From positions 1 to 64,000 of the IMG/VR virus record IMGVR_UViG_3300012036_000005: DNA of 64,000 bases, one strand, 5' to 3'. The notes below the pieces were generated by a model, which did not search any database, was not told the DNA's origin, and saw nothing but the letters and a program-made list of their open reading frames with translations. Positions 19,945 to 28,452 of the stretch are shown one piece after another. Each line of letters opens with the position of its first letter. Within the stretch, counting starts at the first letter, position 1. This stretch comes from a virus. A program made the translations under genes and the position numbers.

Positions 19945-20357
19945 CGGAACCAACTTATTTTTTCTCCTGTAGATTTACGACGATTGTATTCCTCTACTGA
20001 TCCAGGATATTTCCAACAATATACTGCTACCAATAACATAAACAATCCCGTCCCAATTACTGCAACTAAATTACTAGTGGATATATATGTGAACAAAAGA
20101 GTTGATGACATAACAACTATCATAGCATATTTAAAACGAGTAGGAAATACTTTCTTTTCAGTCCAGTTAACAAGGAATGTTCCAAACCAAGGATGAGTAT
20201 AAAGCCATTTGTGCATCCGCTCGGAACTTTTTGCAAAACAAGTTGCTGCTCCTACTAAAAAGATAGAAAAAGGAATTCCAGGAGTAACAAATCCTATGTA
20301 TCCCATAACTAGACAAAACATGCCGAGTGTATACCATAGTGCTCTTTTAATATTCAT
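19941..20357 (-). CDS. YbaN/DUF454 inner membrane protein
   Basis: G.IG...PG.P...F...A..CFAKSS.R.H.WL..HP.FG. Confidence 0.9.
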   Translation of the reverse strand: MNIKRALWYTLGMFCLVMGYIGFVTPGIPFSIFLVGAATCFAKSSERMHKWLYTHPWFGTFLVNWTEKKVFPTRFKYAMIVVMSSTLLFTYISTSNLVAVIGTGLFMLLVAVYCWKYPGSVEEYNRRKSTGEKISWFR

Positions 20358-20383
20358 ATTGTACTTATATAAATAACTGTACT

Positions 20384-20593
20384 ATGGCAGCAAACGAAAT
20401 ATCAACCCTCGAAACAAAAGAGTTACGTCAAGTAGCAAAGTTAGATTTAGCAGCAACTGATAGAACAGAGGTTGGAAATTCTCGTAACGTGTATGATATT
20501 ACTGAGCTTCCAACCCAATATTCAAACAATGATATAATTAACAATCCTAATTTAGGTGGACTGATTACAGGCGGCCCATGGAGTGCTGCATAA
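20384..20593 (+). CDS. Small late protein, probably virion-associated
   Basis: TATAAATA at 20368-20375; LPTQY..N....NPN.GGL..G.PW. Confidence 0.7.
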   Translation: MAANEISTLETKELRQVAKLDLAATDRTEVGNSRNVYDITELPTQYSNNDIINNPNLGGLITGGPWSAA

Positions 20594-20652
20594 GAGATAA
20601 CCCCGTCATTGACAGGGTTATCATTAATTAAGATTGAATATATCTTTTTAAA

Positions 20653-20964
20653 TCAACGCTTGCTGTTGTTATTGACAAAATCGTAAAACTTTGTCGCTGC
20701 ATTCAAAACGTCTTCTGGCGTAGGTACCTTAGGCATTTCTGGAATTTCTACCTTAGTAACAATAGTGTCACCTTCCTTGCGAACGGTAGTTTCGTATGCT
20801 CCGAGCTTGGCATAGTAGTCTTGCCAAACAGTATTGATAGCCATAGCCAATACATCTGATCGAATTTCATAACCATTGCGGTTAATCTTCACTTCGGGCA
20901 TCTGTGGAATAACAGTCTTAAGGCTGTCAAACATTTCTTGCATCATCTTGTTAGTGTCGGTCAT
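20653..20964 (-). CDS. Conserved phage hypothetical protein
   Basis: N.NGYEIR.DVL.MA ... P..EDVL..A.KFY.FV. Confidence 0.75.
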   Translation of the reverse strand: MTDTNKMMQEMFDSLKTVIPQMPEVKINRNGYEIRSDVLAMAINTVWQDYYAKLGAYETTVRKEGDTIVTKVEIPEMPKVPTPEDVLNAATKFYDFVNNNSKR

Positions 20965-21161
20965 TTTTCTTTCCTTCTCTGTGTGTTTATAACGTGCTAT
21001 TTGCGCACAATTAAAATATACAGCATAACATGATCTGTGTCAAGAATTAAACTGTATATTTCTATTTATTTACATGTAGTTAGCTATTGAAGCGAACAAT
21101 ACAATTGCAGCGGTTACACCATACATTATTAGTGCTGTCACTATTCCTGCTGAACCTTTCA

Positions 21162-21323
21162 TTAAAATACTCCTCTGTGTGAATAATTGTCTTTTAGTTG
21201 ATAAGGGGCTGATCCCCTTTGGATATTCTTCAACCTACGTTCAAGGTCGCAAATATCAGTCGAAGCTTCTAAATACTTCTTTTCTGGATCAACTGTCTCC
21301 AGAAGTCTCTTAAACCAATTCAT
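21162..21323 (-). CDS. DUF3563-like small protein, 53 aa (not in track)
   Basis: MNWFKRLL...KYLEASTDICDLERRLK resembles DUF3563 YL..A.D..DLERR. Confidence 0.7.
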   Translation of the reverse strand: MNWFKRLLETVDPEKKYLEASTDICDLERRLKNIQRGSAPYQLKDNYSHRGVF

Positions 21324-21481
21324 GACTGTACCTCCGGATTCTTTCCAGATACCTTAAAATTCTTAACAGCCCAATCTCGGTCTGCTCTATTTCTAAACTC
21401 TGATCGAGCCCAGCTTTCTATGTCTCCGTGTTTTGGACAACTGCGTCCAAACATGGAAACAAATGCTTTAAAAAAGTTCAT
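21320..21481 (-). CDS. Small hypothetical protein, 53 aa (MNFFKAFVSMFG...)
   Basis: AGGAG RBS; ATGA overlap with the next gene. Confidence 0.65.
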   Translation of the reverse strand: MNFFKAFVSMFGRSCPKHGDIESWARSEFRNRADRDWAVKNFKVSGKNPEVQS

Positions 21482-21600
21482 TTCTTTCTCCTATGGTTGG
21501 ATGCTTAAGGTTAGCAATACCGCGGTTCTTCCCCGCCGCCACTACTTTTGAGGCATGTAAAATGCCCTAGTCTTTCCTAGCGTCTGCTTATACATACATA

Positions 21601-21629
21601 TATATATGCTGCAATGCACAAAAAGTCAA
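21601..21629 (-). promoter_or_regulatory. sigma70 promoter TTGACT-N17-TATATA with a PhaR-like operator (TGCAATGCACAA, 21610-21621) in the spacer
   Basis: Motifs read directly; match to the TGC-N3-GCA PhaR-type consensus. Confidence 0.6.
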
Positions 21630-21639
21630 TAGTATTTGT

Positions 21640-21678
21640 TACACAGGAGTTATGTGGTTTCCACATAACTCCTGTGTA
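21640..21678. repeat. Perfect 18-bp inverted repeat with TTT loop between divergent promoters
   Basis: TACACAGGAGTTATGTGG-TTT-CCACATAACTCCTGTGTA. Confidence 0.9.
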
Positions 21679-21708
21679 TCTTAACGCATACACAAAAAAT
21701 TAATGTAA

Positions 21709-21742
21709 CCGTAATGATATTGTAACAAAATTATGTTATAGT
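21709..21742 (+). promoter_or_regulatory. Pho box (CCGTAAT-gata-TTGTAAC) 10 bp upstream of an extended -10 (TGnTATAGT) of pstS
   Basis: Two heptamers at 11-bp period resembling CTGTCAT; canonical 10-bp spacing to the -10; no TTGACA. Confidence 0.65.
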
Positions 21743-21801
21743 ATCTTTAAATAAAGTCGTAATAAGATACTTTATTTGCAGCATAACGAAAGGAAATTTC
21801 A

Positions 21802-22797
21802 ATGCGTACACATTATATTATAGTAGCTATTGCAGCCCTTGTTTTCACTGCCGGTGCAGCTGAGGCAAGAGACCAAATAAGAGTAGTTGGATCTTCAACT
21901 GTATTTCCATTTGCTACTACCGTAGCGGAAAATTTTTCTAAATCTACTAATTTTAAATCCCCTGTTGTTGAATCAACAGGATCAGGTGGAGGATTTAAAT
22001 TGTTTTGTAATGGAACAGGAGTAGAAAATCCAGACATCACAAACGCTTCTCGTGCAATAAAGAATAGTGAAATAGAACTATGTGCATCAAATGGTGTAAC
22101 AGCAGTAGAATTAAAGATTGGATTTGATGGAATTGTTTTAGCTAATTCAAATCAAGGAACAGACCTTAATCTCACAATTGAAGAACTTTACCAAGCAGTT
22201 GCAGAAAAGGTTCCAAGTGAGAATGCAGGTTGGATTCCTAATCCAAATAATAAATGGAGTGATATTAATCCTACATTCCCAGATCTTGAAATAGAAATTC
22301 TTGGACCTCCACCTACTAGTGGAACAAGAGATGCATTTGTTGAACTTGTGATGCATGGTGCTTGTGAAGAACTTGGTGTCCCAAAGGAAGACATTAAGAA
22401 TAATTGTTCGTCTGTAAGAGAAGATGGAAGATTTATCGAAGCAGGTGAGAATGATAATTTGATTGTACAGAAATTAGATACAAATCCAAATGCATTTGGA
22501 ATATTTGGTTATTCGTTCTTAGAAGAAAATGGAGATAAAATAAAAGGTGCTACTATAAATGGTGTTGCTCCTGAGTTTGAACTCATAGCAAATGGAGACT
22601 ATCCAATTAGTCGTTCATTGTTTGTTTATTTTAAGAAAGAACATTTTGGACAAATACCAGGCCTAGTTGAATTTGCTGAATATTTTGCAAGTGACAAAAT
22701 GATAGGGCCAGATGGCGCAGCAGCATACAAAGGACTAATACCCCTTTCAAAAGAACAAAGAGAAACTAATCTTGCTAACCTAAAAACAAACTTCTAA
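21802..22797 (+). CDS. pstS: Phosphate ABC transporter substrate-binding protein PstS
   Basis: Signal peptide; RDQIRVVGSSTVFPF, ESTGSGGG, NASR, GPPPTSGTRDAF, YPISR.LF.Y (alphaproteobacterial-type). Confidence 0.95.
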   Translation: MRTHYIIVAIAALVFTAGAAEARDQIRVVGSSTVFPFATTVAENFSKSTNFKSPVVESTGSGGGFKLFCNGTGVENPDITNASRAIKNSEIELCASNGVTAVELKIGFDGIVLANSNQGTDLNLTIEELYQAVAEKVPSENAGWIPNPNNKWSDINPTFPDLEIEILGPPPTSGTRDAFVELVMHGACEELGVPKEDIKNNCSSVREDGRFIEAGENDNLIVQKLDTNPNAFGIFGYSFLEENGDKIKGATINGVAPEFELIANGDYPISRSLFVYFKKEHFGQIPGLVEFAEYFASDKMIGPDGAAAYKGLIPLSKEQRETNLANLKTNF

Positions 22798-22889
22798 TAT
22801 ATTTAGGCAAGGCAGCAATTGTATGCTGTCTTGCCTCTTGACAAGCCCATAAGATTAGTGTACAGTTTAAACTTAACGTAGAGGTCAAA

Positions 22890-23111
22890 ATGTCAGACGA
22901 TGTTACTATCACAGCATTCTTAGGAGTTTTTGAAGAAAAACTCGAAAAGATGAAAAAGAGACTAAAATTAGAATTAGAAAAGACCAGCAAGGATCGAAAC
23001 AAGGTTTGGCTTAAAGAATCAATTAAAGAAGCAAAAAAGATGAGAGACCTTGTAAAGAAGATGAAAAAAGAAACAAAAGATTCTTGTCCACACTGTGGTA
23101 AAGATCTTTAA
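22890..23111 (+). CDS. Coiled-coil protein with C-terminal CPHCG
   Basis: GAGG RBS. Confidence 0.65.
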   Translation: MSDDVTITAFLGVFEEKLEKMKKRLKLELEKTSKDRNKVWLKESIKEAKKMRDLVKKMKKETKDSCPHCGKDL

Positions 23112-23158
23112 AGAGGTATTAAGTATTTGGTAACACTAAATATTGGTGGAGAACAAAT

Positions 23159-23428
23159 ATGAAAAAACGTACCAGAAGCATTCTTGAAGAACTAAACAGT
23201 GTTGGCATGAGACGCGACACAGATCATCTAGTTGAGGCAACAGGTAGTAATCTTATCGAAAGTTGTATTAATTTGTTAAACAAGATAACATCATCATATG
23301 ATGAAGATACAGCGGCAGAGCTTGAACGTAGATTTCTTAATTCTATAAGATCAGGCGATCCAAAAAAGTTTAAACGTTCTATGAATAAAGTAATAGAATC
23401 ACGCAAACGAGGAAATAATGAGCGGTAA
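23159..23428 (+). CDS. Conserved phage late hypothetical protein
   Basis: MKK.TRSIL.EL, ELERR..NSI...D..KF; TAAATA upstream. Confidence 0.75.
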   Translation: MKKRTRSILEELNSVGMRRDTDHLVEATGSNLIESCINLLNKITSSYDEDTAAELERRFLNSIRSGDPKKFKRSMNKVIESRKRGNNER

Positions 23429-24095
23429 TGTTTTTAAAGACAATAACGGAAACTCAATTACAACAAGAATTAAAAAAGAAAATGTAGATGTTACGATACA
23501 GTACCTTGAAAATTTAACAGGTATCGAAAATTTACACAAAAATAAATTAGGCTCAACCGGCCTTTACAAAACAAGTGGTGACATAGACCTTGCCGTTGAT
23601 CACCATATTCCAAAAAAACTATTATACAATCTTTTATGTCTACTTAGCAATCCTAACTCAGTTAAGATAAGTGGTATCAACGTACATTATCTTTCGCATA
23701 TCATTAATCAAGAAGGGGAATATGTTCAAGTTGATTTTATGTTTGGAGAACCAAACTGGCTTAAATTTGCTTACGCTGGATCCCCAAGAGAAGGATCTCT
23801 TTTTAAGGGTAGACACAGGGCTATTTTATTGGCTTCTATCGCAAAAGCAAAAGGAATGAAGTGGTCTCCTAGTAACGGATTAAAAGATAGAAAAACAGAT
23901 GAGCTATTAAGTGATGATCCTTATACAGTTGCAGAGATGCTATTTGATGATTCGATCTTTCCAGATCAGCTTCTTAGTGTAGAAAGTATTAACAGGATTA
24001 TCAGTCCATTAAAAGACTATAATGAATTAGTATCTGATGCTGTAGATACTTTTAAATCTGAAGGTCTAATTTTGCAACAAGAAAGAGACGACTAA
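23418..24095 (+). CDS. Pol-beta superfamily nucleotidyltransferase
   Basis: LGSTG...SGDIDLAVD (GS + DxD) and VQVDFM third Asp. Confidence 0.8.
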   Translation: MSGNVFKDNNGNSITTRIKKENVDVTIQYLENLTGIENLHKNKLGSTGLYKTSGDIDLAVDHHIPKKLLYNLLCLLSNPNSVKISGINVHYLSHIINQEGEYVQVDFMFGEPNWLKFAYAGSPREGSLFKGRHRAILLASIAKAKGMKWSPSNGLKDRKTDELLSDDPYTVAEMLFDDSIFPDQLLSVESINRIISPLKDYNELVSDAVDTFKSEGLILQQERDD

Positions 24096-24096
24096 A

Positions 24097-25212
24097 ATGT
24101 TTTTAGATAAGGGCTTTATAGAAGATAGATGTGTTGGTCGATATTATTCTCATCCGGAAGATTTGCTCTTTTCGCGCACAACAGAAGGAAAGTGGTCATT
24201 TGATTTAATCCAAGCTGCAATCACTATTTTAAATGAAGTTGCAGTAGGAATGATAAGTCCTTCTATTAAGTGGGATGGCAGTCCTACTGTGTATTGGGGG
24301 AGAGAACCAGATGGTACTTTTGTTCTAGTTGGGAAAAATGGATGGGGCCGTAGTAAATCTACTTCTTCTAAAGAATTACACGATTTTATAATGTCAACCG
24401 GAAAGGGAGAAGAATGGCGACAAGATTTTGCAGATAGCATGGCTGAAATTTTCGAGATAGTTAAAGCTTCTACCCCAGACGATCAACGAGAATATTTTTA
24501 TGGCGATATACTATTTCATCCAAATAATACCTTTAGTGAAGATGACCATAGTTATAAATTTACACCTAATAAAGTAACATACGAAATTGATAAACACTCA
24601 GAATTAGGAAGACTAATGTCTTCTTCAAAAGTAGGAATTGCAATCCATCAAGGTTATTCTGAGTTTGGTAACAAAACCGGCAGGATGATTCCAGATCTTA
24701 AATTTTCTAAAGATTCTAATCTTTTTGTTGTAAATCAAATTTATGTAAATGCAACATACTTTTGTGAAAATTTATCAAAACTAACAGAAGGTAGTCGTGC
24801 CTATACACTAGCTTCGACTTATAAACATGATATTTACAAGTTTTTACGATTACGAAAGGGATTGTCAGATCTTAATGAGATATTTTACAGATATTTTAAT
24901 CATATGTTTCGAACTCAACAATTCCATTTAGTGGACGAAGATACGTTTGTAGAATTTTTAAAAGAGTCGAAAGTTTCAATAAAAAAACAAGAAGCCATAA
25001 AAGAACTAATAGAAATCCATGAAGATGGATTTCATGGAATACTAGAAGTATATAAAGCGGTTTGTGTCTTTAAAGATAAAGTTATAGAAATACTTGATCA
25101 AACAGAAGGCACAGTAACTTCAGCCACCGGAAATGTACCAGGTGGAGAAGGATACATAGTTGACAAATACAGACTGAAACTAGTTCCTAGATTAAGATGG
25201 CACCCCAACTAA
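24097..25212 (+). CDS. Ligase-like (KxDG covalent nucleotidyltransferase motif) protein, DUF6267-like
   Basis: HPEDL, IKWDGSP.VYWG, YGDILF, F.PN.V.Y, GGEGY..., LKLVPR. Confidence 0.7.
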   Translation: MFLDKGFIEDRCVGRYYSHPEDLLFSRTTEGKWSFDLIQAAITILNEVAVGMISPSIKWDGSPTVYWGREPDGTFVLVGKNGWGRSKSTSSKELHDFIMSTGKGEEWRQDFADSMAEIFEIVKASTPDDQREYFYGDILFHPNNTFSEDDHSYKFTPNKVTYEIDKHSELGRLMSSSKVGIAIHQGYSEFGNKTGRMIPDLKFSKDSNLFVVNQIYVNATYFCENLSKLTEGSRAYTLASTYKHDIYKFLRLRKGLSDLNEIFYRYFNHMFRTQQFHLVDEDTFVEFLKESKVSIKKQEAIKELIEIHEDGFHGILEVYKAVCVFKDKVIEILDQTEGTVTSATGNVPGGEGYIVDKYRLKLVPRLRWHPN

Positions 25213-25239
25213 ATAATTCATACATTTGGAGAAAAGAAA

Positions 25240-25506
25240 ATGACTAAAGAACTTAATGAAATGAAACAGTTAGCAGGTATGAGAATACCAATTAACGAAA
25301 CGGCAGAATCAACTGCAAGAAAGTTGATGAATCTTGCTATGAAACAAAAGATAGATGAAAATGCAAATATGTTGTCTCGAGTAGGAGAATCACTTCTTGA
25401 TTACGGACAACCATTTGGTCCTACCAACTTAAAACAAGTTGCAGAGAGAGCAGGGGTAACTGAACAAGTTGTGCTCAAAGCATTAGAATACGCCAAGAAG
25501 AATTAA
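25240..25506 (+). CDS. Late hypothetical protein
   Basis: TAAATA, GGAG RBS; ELNEMKQLAG motif. Confidence 0.65.
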   Translation: MTKELNEMKQLAGMRIPINETAESTARKLMNLAMKQKIDENANMLSRVGESLLDYGQPFGPTNLKQVAERAGVTEQVVLKALEYAKKN

Positions 25507-25618
25507 GGTATTCTGAAAGAGAACCAAAAAGTACCTTAAGTAGGCGTTTTTCCTCCTTTATGGTAAATAAATGTAACAGGACCAGTAGACTTGGTCCGCC
25601 ATAAAGGAGAATATTACA

Positions 25619-25960
25619 ATGGCAACATTCGCACGTATTAACGGTTTCGGCAACTATGCTCAGGGAACCATTTATTCAGTAGCACAGCTAGATGCATATC
25701 TAATTGACGCACAGGCAGCATTAACCACAGAAGACGATGGAGCAGACGAAGCAATGGAGGCAATCATCCGTGAAGTACAGCCTCTTATGTATTACTCAGC
25801 CGGCACGGCTCAAACTATTACAGTAGTTGTTGACGGACATGCAGTTAACGCAGCAACTCTTCAGGCACGCCTGCGTAACTTGGGTTCAAGCGTTGGACCA
25901 AATGGTTTTGATCTAAGTGCAGCAACCGTTGTTGCAGCTTCGACACTAGTCGCTACCTAA
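25619..25960 (+). CDS. Probable abundant virion structural (decoration-like) protein
   Basis: Late promoter, strong AGGAG RBS, Ala/Thr/Val-rich, followed by a terminator. Confidence 0.65.
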   Translation: MATFARINGFGNYAQGTIYSVAQLDAYLIDAQAALTTEDDGADEAMEAIIREVQPLMYYSAGTAQTITVVVDGHAVNAATLQARLRNLGSSVGPNGFDLSAATVVAASTLVAT

Positions 25961-25983
25961 TCGACCGCTGAGGGTAACAGCCG

Positions 25984-26018
25984 AAAGGGCTCACATTTAA
26001 TGTGGGCCCTTTCTTCTT
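25984..26018 (+). terminator. Rho-independent terminator
   Basis: AAAGGGCTCACAT-TTA-ATGTGGGCCCTTT followed by T-rich tail. Confidence 0.8.
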
Positions 26019-26034
26019 GACGGCTATATAAGTT

Positions 26035-26430
26035 ATGAAGTTTATAGTCCATACAATAATTGATATCACACAAACTCGTGCAAGAAGAGGCGAAGATCAT
26101 TTTTTGGTTAATCAGCAACAAAATTTTATGACCTTCTTACAAACTTTAGGATTAAGAGCTAATCCAACAGTAAAAAATCCTCCTTCACAAAAAGAAATCT
26201 CGCTAACAGGAATGGGGTTTGGAACTCGATATAAGGGAACTCATCTCGTATGGACATTTGAATTTGATATAGAATATGAAGATGCTTTAGATTTAACAAT
26301 GTTAATTGAAGATTTTGATTTAGTTCCTATTATATTAGGATTAAACGAAACAGCAAAAATAGAAAAAAGTGTCTTTCGAACAAAGGATAACAAAGAACGT
26401 AACATAATATTCAATTTAATAAATGACTAA
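26035..26430 (+). CDS. Conserved phage hypothetical protein
   Basis: T.IDIT.T, QQQNF.T.LQ..GLR.N, W.F.F, VP.I.GL.ET. Confidence 0.75.
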   Translation: MKFIVHTIIDITQTRARRGEDHFLVNQQQNFMTFLQTLGLRANPTVKNPPSQKEISLTGMGFGTRYKGTHLVWTFEFDIEYEDALDLTMLIEDFDLVPIILGLNETAKIEKSVFRTKDNKERNIIFNLIND

Positions 26431-26456
26431 ATACTGTCGACAAAGGACGAATATAA

Positions 26457-26687
26457 ATGAACGTAGAAAAAGAGAATTTAGAGGCACACGTTGAGTTATG
26501 TCGTCATCGGTATGAAATGTTGGAACGCAGACTCGGTATAATTGAAGGCAAAGTCGAAAATATAAGAGAAGAAGTTTCAAACGGTAACAAATCAATGGTA
26601 AAGGTAATAATTGGTTCTACTGGTACAATTGTTACGGGCCTTTTGTCTACCATTGTCGTATTGTTATTAAACTTTAATGGTAATTAA
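26457..26687 (+). CDS. Coiled-coil plus TM protein (XhlA/holin-like)
   Basis: EKENLEAHV.LC..RY coiled coil with C-terminal TM. Confidence 0.55.
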   Translation: MNVEKENLEAHVELCRHRYEMLERRLGIIEGKVENIREEVSNGNKSMVKVIIGSTGTIVTGLLSTIVVLLLNFNGN

Positions 26688-26695
26688 AATTTATT

Positions 26696-26971
26696 ATGCT
26701 CATAAGGGAATTATCAAAACCAATTGAAGAGAAACAAGTATGGGGTCGTACTGGAAAGAAGATAACAAGAAAATATCGTTGTACTTCTGGATCAAGAAAA
26801 GGAAGAACCGTAGCCAAGTTAGCTCAATGTTTTGCAGCACCCAACTTTAAAAAGAGCATTAGACTTAAACAGACCAAGGCAAGACTTGGTCCAAAAATGA
26901 TAAGAAAAGCACGAAGAACAAAGAAATATAATCCGGTTTCTAAAAGGGTACAGAGGATGAACAAACAATGA
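26696..26971 (+). CDS. Small basic late protein, paralog A
   Basis: RKYRCTSGSRKGR.VA....C.AP; K/R-rich. Confidence 0.75.
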   Translation: MLIRELSKPIEEKQVWGRTGKKITRKYRCTSGSRKGRTVAKLAQCFAAPNFKKSIRLKQTKARLGPKMIRKARRTKKYNPVSKRVQRMNKQ

Positions 26972-27252
26972 GATTAGCTGAAATTGAAGAAGCAGTAAAA
27001 ACTGCATTTGGGCGTAAGGGATCTTCTATAACAAGAAAATATCGTTGTACTTCTGGATCAAGAAAAGGAAGAACCGTAGCGAAACCGTCAACTTGTAACG
27101 CTCCAAAAAATATTAAAGCTTCAACTTCCTTAAAAAGAACCAAAGCAAGATTGGGCGGTAAGATGAAAGCATTTCGTTCAAGAACAATGCGTTCGAGCGG
27201 CCAATCTAAAAGCATACAGCGTTTGAATAGAGGCGGACCTAAAGGAAGATGA
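26968..27252 (+). CDS. Small basic late protein, paralog B
   Basis: Same motif as paralog A; ATGA overlap. Confidence 0.75.
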   Translation: MRLAEIEEAVKTAFGRKGSSITRKYRCTSGSRKGRTVAKPSTCNAPKNIKASTSLKRTKARLGGKMKAFRSRTMRSSGQSKSIQRLNRGGPKGR

Positions 27253-27812
27253 GATTAAATGAATTTGAAAAAGGTGCTGTTTCTAATGTTAGAAAACAAT
27301 ACGGTGATGTAGTTGAGTCTTTACCTGCTATAGCCGGATTAGCAAGAGGCACCGGAATGGTAGCAAGAAAAGCAGCTCAAGCAACCGCGCGCGGAGCATC
27401 TAAATTAGCAGGCGCTGTTAAACAAACAGTAGGATCAAGTGGTCCTAATGCAACAGTAGGAACACAAGGTCCTACTGGCGGCGGAACATCAGGTGGAACA
27501 AGTTCTGTATCTGCAACTTCTTCTAAGATGGGAGCAGGACAAACACAACAAGGTGGAATTGCTCAAAAAGCTGCCGATAAAGCATTACAACAAGTATCAA
27601 ATAAATTAATAAGAAGAGGCGGACAAGTTCCTCTTCCAAACCAAGACAACCAAGTCCAACAATACAAGGTGGACAATGTACAGGGCGACGAAGTAACATT
27701 GATAGACCCTAAAGCAAGACGGAAACCAGGGCAACCAGATAAGGTCGTTGTGAAACGACAAGACATTGAACCAGTTATCAAAGGGATGATGGGAAACAAT
27801 GAAACTAAATGA
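27249..27812 (+). CDS. Late hypothetical protein (G/T/S/Q-rich)
   Basis: MRLNEF start; coupled to neighbours. Confidence 0.7.
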   Translation: MRLNEFEKGAVSNVRKQYGDVVESLPAIAGLARGTGMVARKAAQATARGASKLAGAVKQTVGSSGPNATVGTQGPTGGGTSGGTSSVSATSSKMGAGQTQQGGIAQKAADKALQQVSNKLIRRGGQVPLPNQDNQVQQYKVDNVQGDEVTLIDPKARRKPGQPDKVVVKRQDIEPVIKGMMGNNETK

Positions 27813-27999
27813 GTTAGTTGGTGAATTCCGTGTAATTATGACGAATGAAGAATCTGAAATTCTAGAAAGAATGGAAGAAGTTTCGTATGTCTCTTCTTAT
27901 AATGAAAGAGAGAGATATGTTATTGAAAATCTTATTCGAAAAAGCCTTGTAAGTAAAGTCGTTAGAGACGGAGTAGTCTTGGTAGTTAGGAATGATTGA
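27799..27999 (+). CDS. Conserved hypothetical protein
   Basis: TNEE...L, ERE..V...L.RK.LV. Confidence 0.7.
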   Translation: MKLNELVGEFRVIMTNEESEILERMEEVSYVSSYNERERYVIENLIRKSLVSKVVRDGVVLVVRND

Positions 28000-28414
28000 C
28001 GGTGATTTACTTGTTAAAGAATTAGAAAAACTTCTTAACGATAATATCGAAAAGTTACTCATCCCTCACGTTCGTGGAAATTCTATTCGCATCAAACATC
28101 ATATAATAAGAAAATCGAAAGCTGGTTGGCTAATATACGATATAAAAGAAAATCAACAAATAGCCAAAATGTTTTCAAAAACTGCTGCAATCGCCCTTGC
28201 TAAAACATTAGCTCAGGGTCTAGATGAGATTGAAAAAATACAATATTTAGATTTTAATATAAAGAAAAATTATAATGATGCAATCTTTGCCAAGCACAGC
28301 TTAATAAAAACCAATAATCAAATAAAAAGAGAAGTATGTTTAGTTAAATACGAAGTAGCAAAAGAACGAACAAAATTAGCCAAACGTAAATTAGATGAAT
28401 ATATTTTTAATTGA
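27992..28414 (+). CDS. Conserved hypothetical protein
   Basis: GNSIRI, FSK.AA.A.A. Confidence 0.7.
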   Translation: MIDGDLLVKELEKLLNDNIEKLLIPHVRGNSIRIKHHIIRKSKAGWLIYDIKENQQIAKMFSKTAAIALAKTLAQGLDEIEKIQYLDFNIKKNYNDAIFAKHSLIKTNNQIKREVCLVKYEVAKERTKLAKRKLDEYIFN

Positions 28415-28452
28415 GATAAATACTGATAATAAACTGCCAAGGAAGAGGTAAC

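Noticed and set aside
26762-27080. Diversity-generating retroelement TR/VR pair
   Set aside because: Copies are identical with no adenine-specific mismatches; no reverse transcriptase in the window
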